DNA of 50,524 bases, taken from contig VMGJ01000005.1 in assembly GCA_007376485.1 (NCBI GenBank), positions 1-50,524 of the forward strand, in the 5' to 3' direction. Shown here one piece after another: positions 38,524-48,220 of the stretch. The notes under the pieces were generated by a model. The model made no database searches and was not told the DNA's origin. It saw nothing but the letters and a program-made list of their open reading frames with translations. Positions within the stretch are counted from its first letter, which is position 1. Each line of letters opens with the position of its first letter. The stretch comes from Parcubacteria group bacterium Licking1014_17 (GTDB lineage: Bacteria > Patescibacteriota > Minisyncoccia > 2-02-FULL-40-12 > IGHO2-01-FULL-4-A). The position numbers and the translations under genes were made by a program.

Positions 38524-39027
38524 TCATTTTAAACGCTTTAACATTGACCTTTGGTCATCCAAATACGCTATCTTTGCGCCAGTTCTTTTCAATAAAATCG
38601 AACATTTCGGTGGTAATGCGGGCGATAAAATAGCCATCAGCGATTTTCTATCACTAAGAAATTTTACTAAGCCGGCATAATCCCCATCGCTGGCCACTAA
38701 AACGGCTTTATTAAATCTTTTTTCATAATAATCAACCGTCGCTTTTAAAACAAGATCGGCGTCACAGTTGCCCTTTACTTTTCCCGAACCATCATAAGTA
38801 ATTTCCTTATATACAAGTACATACCCCGACTCTTGAAGGTAAGTATAAAGATTTTTATTTTTCAGAACGAGACCTATGAAAAGATACGCGGTTTTAACGA
38901 AATATTTTTCCTCAAGCCAAATTCTAAATTTTTTAAAATCCAGCTCCCAACCTAAACTTTTAATGCCCTTGTGTAAATTGGCTCCATCAATATACGCGAA
39001 ATTATTTTCTGCAATTTTATTCTCCAT
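38524..39027 (-). CDS. NYN (LabA/DUF88-like, PIN-related) domain protein
   Basis: AYIDGANLHKG, GNCDADLV and VLVASDGDYAGLVKFL match the NYN acidic-residue pattern. The start overlaps the upstream RM gene stop by 11 nt. Confidence 0.7.
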   Translation of the reverse strand: MENKIAENNFAYIDGANLHKGIKSLGWELDFKKFRIWLEEKYFVKTAYLFIGLVLKNKNLYTYLQESGYVLVYKEITYDGSGKVKGNCDADLVLKATVDYYEKRFNKAVLVASDGDYAGLVKFLSDRKSLMAILSPALPPKCSILLKRTGAKIAYLDDQRSMLKRLK

Positions 39028-41854
39028 TTATTTGTCTATTTTCTATTATTTTTATCTCCTCTGGTGTGAGGTTGTAAAGTTTATAAACTTCTTCGTCAAT
39101 TCGGTGGTCGGTTTTGTCAATTTCGGATTTTAGGCTTTGCCATTTTTCAGAGTTTTCGGGCAATTTATGAAATTCTTTATTAAGGGATAGGATTTTATCT
39201 ACTAAGTTTTCAATATTATTTTGTTGATCTGCCGTAGCTCTATAAATCGGAAATTGCCGAAAAACCAAAACCCCTATGTCTACGCCTACGCCTCTTTTTT
39301 TACCATTAACATTGAACCAATTTCCCGCAAATTTTGAATTTAGAACTCCTAATAAATATTTCAAACTATAGTTTTTATCTTTCTGTACAATGACAGAAAA
39401 AGAAAAACCTACGTAATATTTATCTTCGTCGTAATAAAATCCCGGCGACAAAAACATGCCCTCACATATTAATTTTGGATTTTCAAAATATTTGCTTTCT
39501 CTCGGACGGTGTAGCCCGTACGGCTTATTCGATGAAGTTATAAACCTCTTCATTTTATCCAAATGATTTTTAATATTCGGATATAATCCATCAGTTATCT
39601 TTGATTTAGCTTCTTTATCTGCGTAAATAAGATACTCATTATTAAACAATATGAAGTATTTTCCGACATCACTGACGTCTAGATATTTTTTTACTAGTTT
39701 CTTTTCTTCGGCACTCAAATGTAAATCATTGACTTCTTTTTTAGATAAAACGAAAACGCCATCACCTGTTTTAAAATTATTGGTGGCATCTGCTTGTTTC
39801 TTGCTAATTTTGTCAGTGGCTTCTACAACTCCCTGAGAAACGTCATAAATATCACCAAGAGAGGTACAGTTTTTTAAATTAGCATCACTCGATACTTCAA
39901 AATTAATTTTATCGCCTACTATTATTTTTTGATAAGGAATCACCTTTTTATTCTTTTCATCTATAAAATCGGCAAAATTATCTTTCGAAATTTTGATTAA
40001 AATAGTCTTGTCGGCTTTATCCGCTTGGCGTTTTTGATAAATGTGGATTATATGCTTTCCGCTGACATCACCAAAAACCTTAATGTCGTCTAAATCAACG
40101 GCTTTTATTAAAATCAATTCATTTTTTATCCTCCTGATCAACTTTGAGGCGCCTGCGCTTTTTAGAAAATAACTATTGGTAATAAATCCAATGAGTCCGC
40201 TTTCTTTTACTACATCTATCGCACGATGTAGAAAAAAATACCAAAAATCCATTTTGCCCTGATAATATTCTCTATAACCGCTACTCTTTATTGGCTCAAA
40301 AACGTCTTTGTTATCCATTTCCTTTAAGTACGGCGGATTTCCTATAACTACATCAAACCCACCCTGCTCGAAAACTTCTCGAAATTCTTCCTGCCAGTTG
40401 AATGGTTTCTTGTCGCGGAAATTAGGACCAAAGTACTTCTTTAGTTCCTCGTCACTTCCTGAAATAAGTGAATTACCAACATGAATAGTGTGCTCCAACG
40501 CCGGTAGCTTCATTCGGCTATCTAGTGAATTAAGCAAGAGGTTCAATCTTGCAATTTCAACCGCTTGCGGGTCGAGGTCAACGCCGTAAATGTTTTGCTC
40601 TAAAATCTGAATTTTTGTAAATACATTGGCGGGTTTTTTATCAAACTCCTTATACTTCTCCGCGATAACATCAAGAGCTTTTATTAAAAAAGAACCAGAG
40701 CCACAAGCGGGGTCCAGCACTCTGATTTTTTTCAAATCGAATAAAGAATGGCATTTATCGAGAACCGGCTTCAAAGTTTGGGAAACAATATAGTCAACGA
40801 TATATTTGGGCGTGTAATAAATACCTTGCGATTTGCGCTTGGATTTACTCTTTTCCTCGGATTTCTTGCCCTGAACATAGCTTAAATACTGTTCGTAAAT
40901 ACCGCCGAGAACGTCGGCGGAAATCGCCGAGAAATCATAGCGATAGCCGTCTTCGGTGTTATATAAGCCCCCAAGGACAGCAATCATAGGGGTATCTTCA
41001 AGTTTCCACGTTTCGCAGTCGTGTTTTTCAAATAATTTTGAATCGTATTCTTTGTCAAAGTATCTAAACACCTCAATTAATAATTTATAAACATCAGCTG
41101 TTTCAGCACTCTTTTTATAACTGTGAAGTATACCTTCTAAATGTCTGGATTCCAGCCCTCTATCTTCGGCGGTTCGGATAAAGATAAGCCGGTCCAGTAT
41201 TTTTTGAACACCCTCGTCTATAATTTCCTGGTCAACTGTCCATCTGTTGTTTTTTCTGAAACTTTTTTCTATTATCACCCTCCATTTCATTAAGTCCTCA
41301 AAAAGTTTTTCGCCGACCTGTTTTCTCTTGGCCAACTTTCCCCATTCTTCGGCTTTCTCGTGCAATAATTTCTTCTCAAAACTTTCTTTTGATAACAACC
41401 ACAACTGGTCGAACTTTTCTAGATATTCCCCACACTTAATTTCAAAAAACTGATTTACAGCAACATTTCTTGGCGGAACTTCTGCGTTAAAAACCTTAAT
41501 GGATTCAAAATCTGTAAGTATTGCCCAAGTAACTCCCTTGTTCCAGCTGTAATTTATGGCTTGTTCCGCCCACTTCCATTCATCTAAATCAACTTTCATC
41601 GCCTTGGCCTCCAAAAACATCACGGGAATGTGATTTATCTGAAAAGCAAAATCTACCCGACCTTTCGACGAGCTTTCTTGCGGGATAACCTCGTCTAAAT
41701 TGCTCTGATTCCACCCCAAAGACTCAAAAAGCGGCATTATGAATCCACTTATGGTCTGGGCTTCATTGTACTTTTTATCTTGCCCGGAAGCGTGGGCTTG
41801 TTGATACTTTTCGAGAAGTCTTTTAATTCTATCTTTCGCCTCTTGTTGGGTCAT
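39017..41854 (-). CDS. Type IIG restriction-modification enzyme (fused PD-(D/E)xK nuclease, N6-adenine methyltransferase and specificity domain)
   Basis: N-terminal GRVDFAF...FLEAKAMK (D...ExK), methyltransferase motif I VLDPACGSGSFL, motif IV VVIGNPPY, and a TaqI-like C-terminal target-recognition region. Confidence 0.8.
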   Translation of the reverse strand: MTQQEAKDRIKRLLEKYQQAHASGQDKKYNEAQTISGFIMPLFESLGWNQSNLDEVIPQESSSKGRVDFAFQINHIPVMFLEAKAMKVDLDEWKWAEQAINYSWNKGVTWAILTDFESIKVFNAEVPPRNVAVNQFFEIKCGEYLEKFDQLWLLSKESFEKKLLHEKAEEWGKLAKRKQVGEKLFEDLMKWRVIIEKSFRKNNRWTVDQEIIDEGVQKILDRLIFIRTAEDRGLESRHLEGILHSYKKSAETADVYKLLIEVFRYFDKEYDSKLFEKHDCETWKLEDTPMIAVLGGLYNTEDGYRYDFSAISADVLGGIYEQYLSYVQGKKSEEKSKSKRKSQGIYYTPKYIVDYIVSQTLKPVLDKCHSLFDLKKIRVLDPACGSGSFLIKALDVIAEKYKEFDKKPANVFTKIQILEQNIYGVDLDPQAVEIARLNLLLNSLDSRMKLPALEHTIHVGNSLISGSDEELKKYFGPNFRDKKPFNWQEEFREVFEQGGFDVVIGNPPYLKEMDNKDVFEPIKSSGYREYYQGKMDFWYFFLHRAIDVVKESGLIGFITNSYFLKSAGASKLIRRIKNELILIKAVDLDDIKVFGDVSGKHIIHIYQKRQADKADKTILIKISKDNFADFIDEKNKKVIPYQKIIVGDKINFEVSSDANLKNCTSLGDIYDVSQGVVEATDKISKKQADATNNFKTGDGVFVLSKKEVNDLHLSAEEKKLVKKYLDVSDVGKYFILFNNEYLIYADKEAKSKITDGLYPNIKNHLDKMKRFITSSNKPYGLHRPRESKYFENPKLICEGMFLSPGFYYDEDKYYVGFSFSVIVQKDKNYSLKYLLGVLNSKFAGNWFNVNGKKRGVGVDIGVLVFRQFPIYRATADQQNNIENLVDKILSLNKEFHKLPENSEKWQSLKSEIDKTDHRIDEEVYKLYNLTPEEIKIIENRQINGE

Positions 41855-41897
41855 TTCGCCACTATTCTACCTCATTTCTAGATTTTTTCAATCCTTG

Positions 41898-43928
41898 TCA
41901 GCGTATTGAGGCCTCCAAATGCTCAATCAGAGCCCTCTTTAATCTTCCCTCAATTTCGTTAACTTCTTTATCCGTCAATGTTCTGTCGTCAGCCCGATAG
42001 ATAACGTGAAAAGCTATGGATTTTGTAAGCTGGTTATCGCTCTTTTCGTAAATATCAAACACGTCAACGTCTTTGATAAGTTTTTCTTTATTACAGGATT
42101 CTATCACACTAAGGATTTTGGCGATTGGCACATCGTTGCCGACGACTACGGATAAATCCCTGATTACGGAAGGATATTTTGGTATGGGTTCATATTCAAG
42201 CTCGCCCTCCATAACGTTCAGAAGTTTCATAAAATCTATCTGGCATATTGAAATTTCACCCTTGTTGTTTAATTTAAGGGATGAGGCGATTTCCGGGTGC
42301 AAGCCACCTATTATTCCTATTTCTTCTTCATCGGCTAAAATAGCGGCTGATTTATTTGCGTAGAAAGCCGGCTCCTGGTTTCTTAATTCCTTAAACATAT
42401 ATTCCTGGATTCCAAGCTGGGCCAGAAACGACTCAACCGCGCCTTTTAATTCCCAGAATGAACGCGGCGAAAACATGGCAACCGCCATTTTTTCTCCTTC
42501 CTCAATTTCATCGCCCTTTTGCAGAAATACGTTGCCGAATTCATACAGGCGGACCGTGTCGCGGAAACGTAAATTGCGCGCGACAGCCAAGCAAAGATTC
42601 GGGATAAGGCTCGTGCGCATGTATTGGTATTCCGCGGAAGCCGGATTTAACAGCTTTGGTGCGTTTCTAACTTTAAATTTATCATGGGCTTCTTTACCCA
42701 GAAAACTATAGTTGTAGCACTCGCTGAAACCCAGTCCGATCAATATATTTCTTGTCAGCCGCCGTGCCGAACGCGATTCCGTGGAATTGTGCACGTCTTC
42801 GCTTTCGCTTATAGACCCCGTGTAGGCGTAAATCAAGGGTTCTTTAGGCGGTATGGAGTCATATCCTTTCATGCGCCCTATTTCTTCAATAATATCTTCC
42901 TGTGTTACAATGTCGCGGCGGTGCGAAGGCACTGTCACGGTAAAGTCCCTAGCGGCAAAAGATGCCTCGATTTCCAGGCGGTCAAGTATTTCGTTAATTT
43001 CCTTTTTGGAAATTTCCATCCCGATAAGTGATGAAACGTAATCGTATGAAGTTTTTATTTTCCAGGATTTGAATTCGGATTTTTTGACATCGGCGACTTC
43101 GGGCGCTAATGTCGCTCCGCAATGTTCCTGTATTAATCCGGCGGCTCTGGCTAATGCCACGAGGGGCAAATTTGGGTCTACGCCGAATGTAAAACGGACG
43201 GACGCATCTGTTTTTAAACCGACTGATTGCGATGTTTTTCTGATTCTTGGAGATGAAAAAATAGCTGCCTCCAGAAGCACGGTATCGGTTTTGGGGGTTA
43301 TTTCCGAACCAACTCCACCTTTGATTCCCGCCAAAGCCAGCGGTTTCTTGTCGTCGGCGATAACCAGCATTGAAGGGTCCAGTTCCAAAGTTTGCCGCTC
43401 CTCATCCAATAATTTAATCTTCTCCCCTTTTTTCGCATTCCTGATAGTGATTCCGCCTGAAATTTTTTCAAAATCAAAAGCATGTATCGGCTGGCCCATC
43501 TCAAGCATCACGTAATTGGTTATATCCACGACATTATTAATCGGGCGCAAGCCGAGCGATTCCAAATGCTTTATGAGCCACTCCGGCGATTTTCCGACTT
43601 TTACGTTCGTCAGTAAAACAGCGCAGTACCGAGGGCAGGCATCAAAATCTTTTATGGTAACCTTGACTGGCTTTTCTTTGCTCGGCTTTAGGGGTGTTAC
43701 ATGAGGCGCAAGTTCTTTGCCGGTCAATGCCGCGATTTCACGCGCCATCCCGTAATGCAAAAGCAGGTCTCCGCGATTGGGAAGGACTTTCACGTCCAAA
43801 ATTGCGTCATCGCCGGCTTTTATTATTTTTTCCGTTTCCGCCGTATGTAATGTAAGCAATTCCGCCAAACTTTCCGGCGAAAGTTTTATTTTTACGAACT
43901 CTTTTATTTTATTCAATGAAAAACGCAT
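41898..43928 (-). CDS. pheT: Phenylalanyl-tRNA synthetase beta subunit (short form)
   Basis: B3/B4 (LPNRGDLL, HAFDFEK), B5, and a C-terminal FDX-ACB-like end (VDVFDIYE...IAFHVIYR). Confidence 0.88.
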   Translation of the reverse strand: MRFSLNKIKEFVKIKLSPESLAELLTLHTAETEKIIKAGDDAILDVKVLPNRGDLLLHYGMAREIAALTGKELAPHVTPLKPSKEKPVKVTIKDFDACPRYCAVLLTNVKVGKSPEWLIKHLESLGLRPINNVVDITNYVMLEMGQPIHAFDFEKISGGITIRNAKKGEKIKLLDEERQTLELDPSMLVIADDKKPLALAGIKGGVGSEITPKTDTVLLEAAIFSSPRIRKTSQSVGLKTDASVRFTFGVDPNLPLVALARAAGLIQEHCGATLAPEVADVKKSEFKSWKIKTSYDYVSSLIGMEISKKEINEILDRLEIEASFAARDFTVTVPSHRRDIVTQEDIIEEIGRMKGYDSIPPKEPLIYAYTGSISESEDVHNSTESRSARRLTRNILIGLGFSECYNYSFLGKEAHDKFKVRNAPKLLNPASAEYQYMRTSLIPNLCLAVARNLRFRDTVRLYEFGNVFLQKGDEIEEGEKMAVAMFSPRSFWELKGAVESFLAQLGIQEYMFKELRNQEPAFYANKSAAILADEEEIGIIGGLHPEIASSLKLNNKGEISICQIDFMKLLNVMEGELEYEPIPKYPSVIRDLSVVVGNDVPIAKILSVIESCNKEKLIKDVDVFDIYEKSDNQLTKSIAFHVIYRADDRTLTDKEVNEIEGRLKRALIEHLEASIR

Positions 43929-43936
43929 AATCGGTT

Positions 43937-44968
43937 TTAAAATTGTTCCAAAAATCTTATGTCGCTTCCGTAAAGAAGCCGGATGTCGTCAATCTTGTAT
44001 TTAAGCATCACCAACCGGTCAATGCACATGCCGAAAGCGAACCCTTGCCACTCGCGGGGCGTATAGCCGGCAGCTTTAAAAACATTCTGGTGAAGCATGC
44101 CCGCGCCGGCGACTTCAATCCATCTGCCTCTCAACGCTCCCCTTTTGCCTTTGATTTGGATTTCCACGCTCGGTTCGGTGAATGGGAAATAACTGGAAAC
44201 AAACTTTACTTCTATATCTTCTTTGAAAAACTGCCTGAAGAAATGGACAACGATGCCCTTGAGATTTGCCAGCGAGATATGCCTGTCAACCATTAAGCTG
44301 TCAAACTGGTAAAATTGCATCTCGTGGGTGAAATCCGTGGCTTCGTTGCGGAAAACCCTGCCGGGAATAAGTATCCGGAACGGCGGTTCGTGTTTTTCAA
44401 GAAAACGGACATCGTGAGCTGTGGTTTGAGTCCGCAGCACCAGATGTTTTCTGTGGTCTTTTAGAGCGGTAACCGATTGTTCGAGCCAAAAAGTATCCTG
44501 CATATCGCGTGCCGGATGGTCATCGGGCATATTCAGCGAGTCAAAATTATACCATTCGCTCTCGATTTCCCTGCTGTCCAGAATGGCAAATCCCATAGAC
44601 GAAAACACGTCCTCAACCTGGTCGCGCACTATAGTCAGCGGGTGACGGTGCCCAAGCTGGAATTTCACCCCCGGCGCCGTAATGTCTATTTTTTCGGAAG
44701 AAAGTTTCTTTTTGATTTCAATTTTGCCCAGCTCCGCGCGCTTGTCATCCATCATTTTCTGCAAATTCCGGCGCGTTTCGTTGGCAATCTGCCCGGCTTT
44801 AGCGCGCTCGGCTTCGGGCAAGTTTTTGATATTGCTTAAAAATTCCGACAATTCTGACTTTCGGCCAAGATATTTGACGCGCAGAGACTCAAACTCGGAG
44901 AGAGTTTTTGCCGCCGATATTTCCGACTGCGCCGCCTTTTCTATTTTATTTAGGGTTTCTTTGTCCAT
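43937..44968 (-). CDS. pheS: Phenylalanyl-tRNA synthetase alpha subunit
   Basis: The likely start is MDKETLNKIE. Present are HPLT, DDHPARDMQDTFW, FRNE, GAGMLHQNV and FAFGMCIDRL. Confidence 0.92.
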   Translation of the reverse strand: MDKETLNKIEKAAQSEISAAKTLSEFESLRVKYLGRKSELSEFLSNIKNLPEAERAKAGQIANETRRNLQKMMDDKRAELGKIEIKKKLSSEKIDITAPGVKFQLGHRHPLTIVRDQVEDVFSSMGFAILDSREIESEWYNFDSLNMPDDHPARDMQDTFWLEQSVTALKDHRKHLVLRTQTTAHDVRFLEKHEPPFRILIPGRVFRNEATDFTHEMQFYQFDSLMVDRHISLANLKGIVVHFFRQFFKEDIEVKFVSSYFPFTEPSVEIQIKGKRGALRGRWIEVAGAGMLHQNVFKAAGYTPREWQGFAFGMCIDRLVMLKYKIDDIRLLYGSDIRFLEQF

Positions 44969-45054
44969 TTTTGTTGGCGAGCTTACGTCTGTAATCCATT
45001 TAGTTAGATTATAACAAAAAAAGGATTTTTTCAAACCCGATATGTTTGCGACCC

Positions 45055-45849
45055 CTAGAGATTCGGGCTCGTGAATATCACCGTCGGCAGGCCATCGGCT
45101 TTGCCGTCGGCATAGTTGAAGTCATGAAGGGTGCTCATAAAGAGATCGTAGTCGTAGCGGTGTTCCGCGCCGGCTTTGGTGTCGCCGTCGTCATTTACGA
45201 TAAACTGCTGTTTTGAATCGTCGTAGCCGATAATCACCATCGTGTGATAGGACGAGCCGGTGCGCAGAAACGGAATATTCGGATTATTAAGTTCAAAGCC
45301 GTAATGGAGCGATATAACTGGGTGGCCATGGTCAATCTGTTGTTTGATTTGGTCTATTGTTGGGTTGGTTACGATTGTGGCTTTATAGGTCGTGTGGTTG
45401 TCTATTAGATTTTTAAACTGGGCGGCGTCGGAATTGACGTTATTTCCGTAAAGCGCATTTTCTTTGCCGAAAAGCATAGTCATAAAACTTTCGGCTTCGC
45501 TGGCGCTTACAGCCTTTTCGCCCTGATAAAATTTTTCAACCATAGTAATGCTGGCTTCCTCGCAAGCATTTTTCCACGGACCGGTCCAGTTATTTGATGG
45601 CGCCTCGTTGATATATGGCACGGGTAATTCAACAAGGTCCGTTGAAGCGGAAATTGTCGGTGTTGATGTTGGGGTAATTATTGTTGAAGTCGAGGTCGGG
45701 ATAGGCGTAATCATCTCGGTTTGAGTCGGCGTCGGTGAAGGCAATCCAATTTTATTGGCTGGCGTGTTTTGGGCAACAACAAACCACGCCACGGCCAAAA
45801 CAGCCCCTAAAACAAGCAGAAGTACAACAAAATAACCGATTATTTTCAT
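45055..45849 (-). CDS. Membrane-anchored C39-like (Peptidase_C39_2-type) cysteine peptidase-domain protein
   Basis: N-terminal TM, a Thr/Pro-rich linker, GPWKNACEEASITMV (candidate Cys) and SYHTMVIIGYDD (candidate His). Confidence 0.5.
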   Translation of the reverse strand: MKIIGYFVVLLLVLGAVLAVAWFVVAQNTPANKIGLPSPTPTQTEMITPIPTSTSTIITPTSTPTISASTDLVELPVPYINEAPSNNWTGPWKNACEEASITMVEKFYQGEKAVSASEAESFMTMLFGKENALYGNNVNSDAAQFKNLIDNHTTYKATIVTNPTIDQIKQQIDHGHPVISLHYGFELNNPNIPFLRTGSSYHTMVIIGYDDSKQQFIVNDDGDTKAGAEHRYDYDLFMSTLHDFNYADGKADGLPTVIFTSPNL

Positions 45850-45903
45850 GTATAATAATACGAATTTAAAATCCAAATAGTTGTGGGGTATTATAAAATT
45901 AGA

Positions 45904-46506
45904 CTATGAATTTTCTTTTTCCCAACCGTTGCCTAAACGGGGCAAATCGCCAAACGGCCAGTCGGCAAGGGATACTTCTAAATCAGTTTGGACAGGAATA
46001 TTGTCATAAGCCGCCATCGCTAGAGCGCAACAGCGATGCATACCCTCAGCTACAAAAATATCGCCGTTTTTATCGCGGATAGCCATGATTGAAGTTTCCT
46101 TAGGAAAATTATGAGCGAGTTCGCGGATGAGCCAATTATTATGCACTCCTGGATGTGCCAGAAGGTCGCGCAGACAGGGTGGCTGTTCCGGAAATACCGG
46201 ATAAAACCATTTTGCCCAACCATGAAACATCCCGCCACGCCAATTGGGCACTTCTTCCAAAGGATTAAGCACTCCATATAACGCCCATTTAAGTTCGGGT
46301 CCGCGCAAATTAACATGGGTTTTCTCCCGCCACTCCCGCCATGATTTAAATCTCCTTGCCGCCCAAAAATCCTTCCAATGCTCTACGTTCTCCTCGTCCG
46401 TCCGCCAAATCTCAAAAACCTCTTTCCAGAGTAGGTCTTTAATTTTTTGAAGATTGTTCGAATTGTCCATGGGGTTTTTGAGGATTAAATAGAACATTTT
46501 CAGCAT
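45904..46506 (-). CDS. Trp-rich hypothetical protein with a ParB/Srx-like C-terminal motif
   Basis: IMAIRDKNGDIFVAEGMHRCCALAMA resembles the ParB N-terminal domain pattern (..v.dG.HR..A). The start could instead be the ATG at 46470. Confidence 0.35.
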   Translation of the reverse strand: MLKMFYLILKNPMDNSNNLQKIKDLLWKEVFEIWRTDEENVEHWKDFWAARRFKSWREWREKTHVNLRGPELKWALYGVLNPLEEVPNWRGGMFHGWAKWFYPVFPEQPPCLRDLLAHPGVHNNWLIRELAHNFPKETSIMAIRDKNGDIFVAEGMHRCCALAMAAYDNIPVQTDLEVSLADWPFGDLPRLGNGWEKENS

Positions 46507-46525
46507 CGCATCATATGCCTTTTTA

Positions 46526-47095
46526 TTACCGCATTTTCAATTCCGGAAATTCTGGATCTGGCCAACCCCAGGTGGTTTCGTCCCATCGAAATTGGCCCCG
46601 ATTAAATACGTAGGATTTAGTAAAAGTAATTTGACCAGGGGCTTTATCAATTGCTGGAACTATACTGAGGTCTAGTTTAAGTGTTGCCTCAGCTAGAGCT
46701 GGCGGGTCATCTTCTAAAAAATTAAAGGATGAAGCGGTTCTTTTGTAGTGAGGTAAATTGTTAGGGGCTATTCGATAAGTATCCTGGTAGATTTTCTCTC
46801 CCTGGTTTTTTCTATTTACAGTGGCCCGCCACGAAACGAGAGCTGGTATATTTGAGGCGTTTGAAAACCAAAAATAAGTATTATTATTATTTTTATCAAA
46901 AATCATATTAACATCCACGGCTGGCAACATTTGGTTTTCCACCATTCTTTCTGTAGCGCGAGTATATTTCTTCAGCCAATTTAAAGTTACAGCCAGAACA
47001 ATAACACTGGCTACTGTGGCTCCAAACTGAAACCAACCAGCCCAATTAATAGAGGGGTTCTGAGTAAGAAAATGATGATAGGGGTATACTGGCAT
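46526..47095 (-). CDS. Single-pass membrane protein, unknown function
   Basis: One TM (WFQFGATVASVIVLAVTL). The start lies 2 nt after the HNH gene stop. Confidence 0.45.
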   Translation of the reverse strand: MPVYPYHHFLTQNPSINWAGWFQFGATVASVIVLAVTLNWLKKYTRATERMVENQMLPAVDVNMIFDKNNNNTYFWFSNASNIPALVSWRATVNRKNQGEKIYQDTYRIAPNNLPHYKRTASSFNFLEDDPPALAEATLKLDLSIVPAIDKAPGQITFTKSYVFNRGQFRWDETTWGWPDPEFPELKMR

Positions 47096-47097
47096 GG

Positions 47098-47847
47098 TTA
47101 AATTTTAATATCTTCTTTATTGCTCTTGCCGAGATTACACTCTTGGCATAAGGTCTGTAAGTTATCAAGTGTGGTTTTTCCGCCTTTTGAAAAAGGCACT
47201 ATGTGATCTATGTGTAGTTTGATACCTAAATCTGTCGCGGGGCTTCTGCCGCAGAAAACACAACGGAAACTATCCCTATCTAAAACACGAATTCGCATAC
47301 TCATCGGGATATTTCTCGAATAACTGATTTTTATATGTTGTGTTTTTCCTTCAGTAATAATGCGTGTATCAGTCTCCGCTGTTTTTTCAGCCATTGGTTC
47401 AACAACTATGCTCCCGCCCATTTTATGCTCAATAAATTTAAGACAAGCATTCGACCAGCCACTAAATTTATAACGATATGTTCCGAGGCTAAAAGCTGGG
47501 TTTGAGTTTTTCCATTCTGTGCAAGATGGGCGATGGCCTAATTTTTTCCATATCCTATCCATTTCTTCAAAAAGCTGTTCTTCTGTTCGATCCAATAAAT
47601 TACTTCTCGATTTTCGAGGTAATAAATCTGTGCCGTTTTCACAGAGTTTGTCTTTGAGGGCAGTTAGAGCTTTATACCAAGAACCAAACTCATTTTTTAC
47701 TGTTCCAGAACTGATTTTGGAGACCTTGTTGAATTCGTCAGAACTAAATTCCCGATATCCGAAATTTACTGCCACTTTTTCAAGTTCGGCAAGAATTTTT
47801 TCTCGAGAGATTTTATCCGATCTTTGTCTCTGAAATTGATAGTCCAT
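47098..47847 (-). CDS. HNH endonuclease with two N-terminal homing-endonuclease-associated repeats
   Basis: Two ~50-aa repeats (…FNKVSKISSGTVKNEFGSWYKAL… and …WKNSNPAFSLGTYRYKFSGWSNAC…) and a C-terminal HNH domain: CVFCG...HIDHIVPFSKGGKTTLDNLQTLCQECNLGK. Confidence 0.8.
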   Translation of the reverse strand: MDYQFQRQRSDKISREKILAELEKVAVNFGYREFSSDEFNKVSKISSGTVKNEFGSWYKALTALKDKLCENGTDLLPRKSRSNLLDRTEEQLFEEMDRIWKKLGHRPSCTEWKNSNPAFSLGTYRYKFSGWSNACLKFIEHKMGGSIVVEPMAEKTAETDTRIITEGKTQHIKISYSRNIPMSMRIRVLDRDSFRCVFCGRSPATDLGIKLHIDHIVPFSKGGKTTLDNLQTLCQECNLGKSNKEDIKI

Positions 47848-48220
47848 AGCTATTATTTTAATAAATCCTCAATGGAAGCACAGGAGGCTTTAGGGCTTCT
47901 CCACTCCATGACTGATAGGGACGACGGCCTGCCTGCGCAGGTAGGGACTCGGCTTCGACTAAAATTTTGCCGTCGCAAAACTTTGTCTGGCCACCGCCTC
48001 GCGGTCTCGCCTACTGGCTCGACATCGCTCCAGCGTTCTTGTCCTATCTCATCTCATAAATTAATTAAACAGAGACTGCGCTAAAGGCAATTTCTATTTA
48101 ATTATTGCGGGGACGACCCTACTATGCCCAGCAAGCCGGTGGGGCTACGGGAGGGCAAGGCAAGGACTCACCATAGCCTCTCGCCCCAACACAAGCCGAA
48201 ACAAACTTCAATCAATAATG

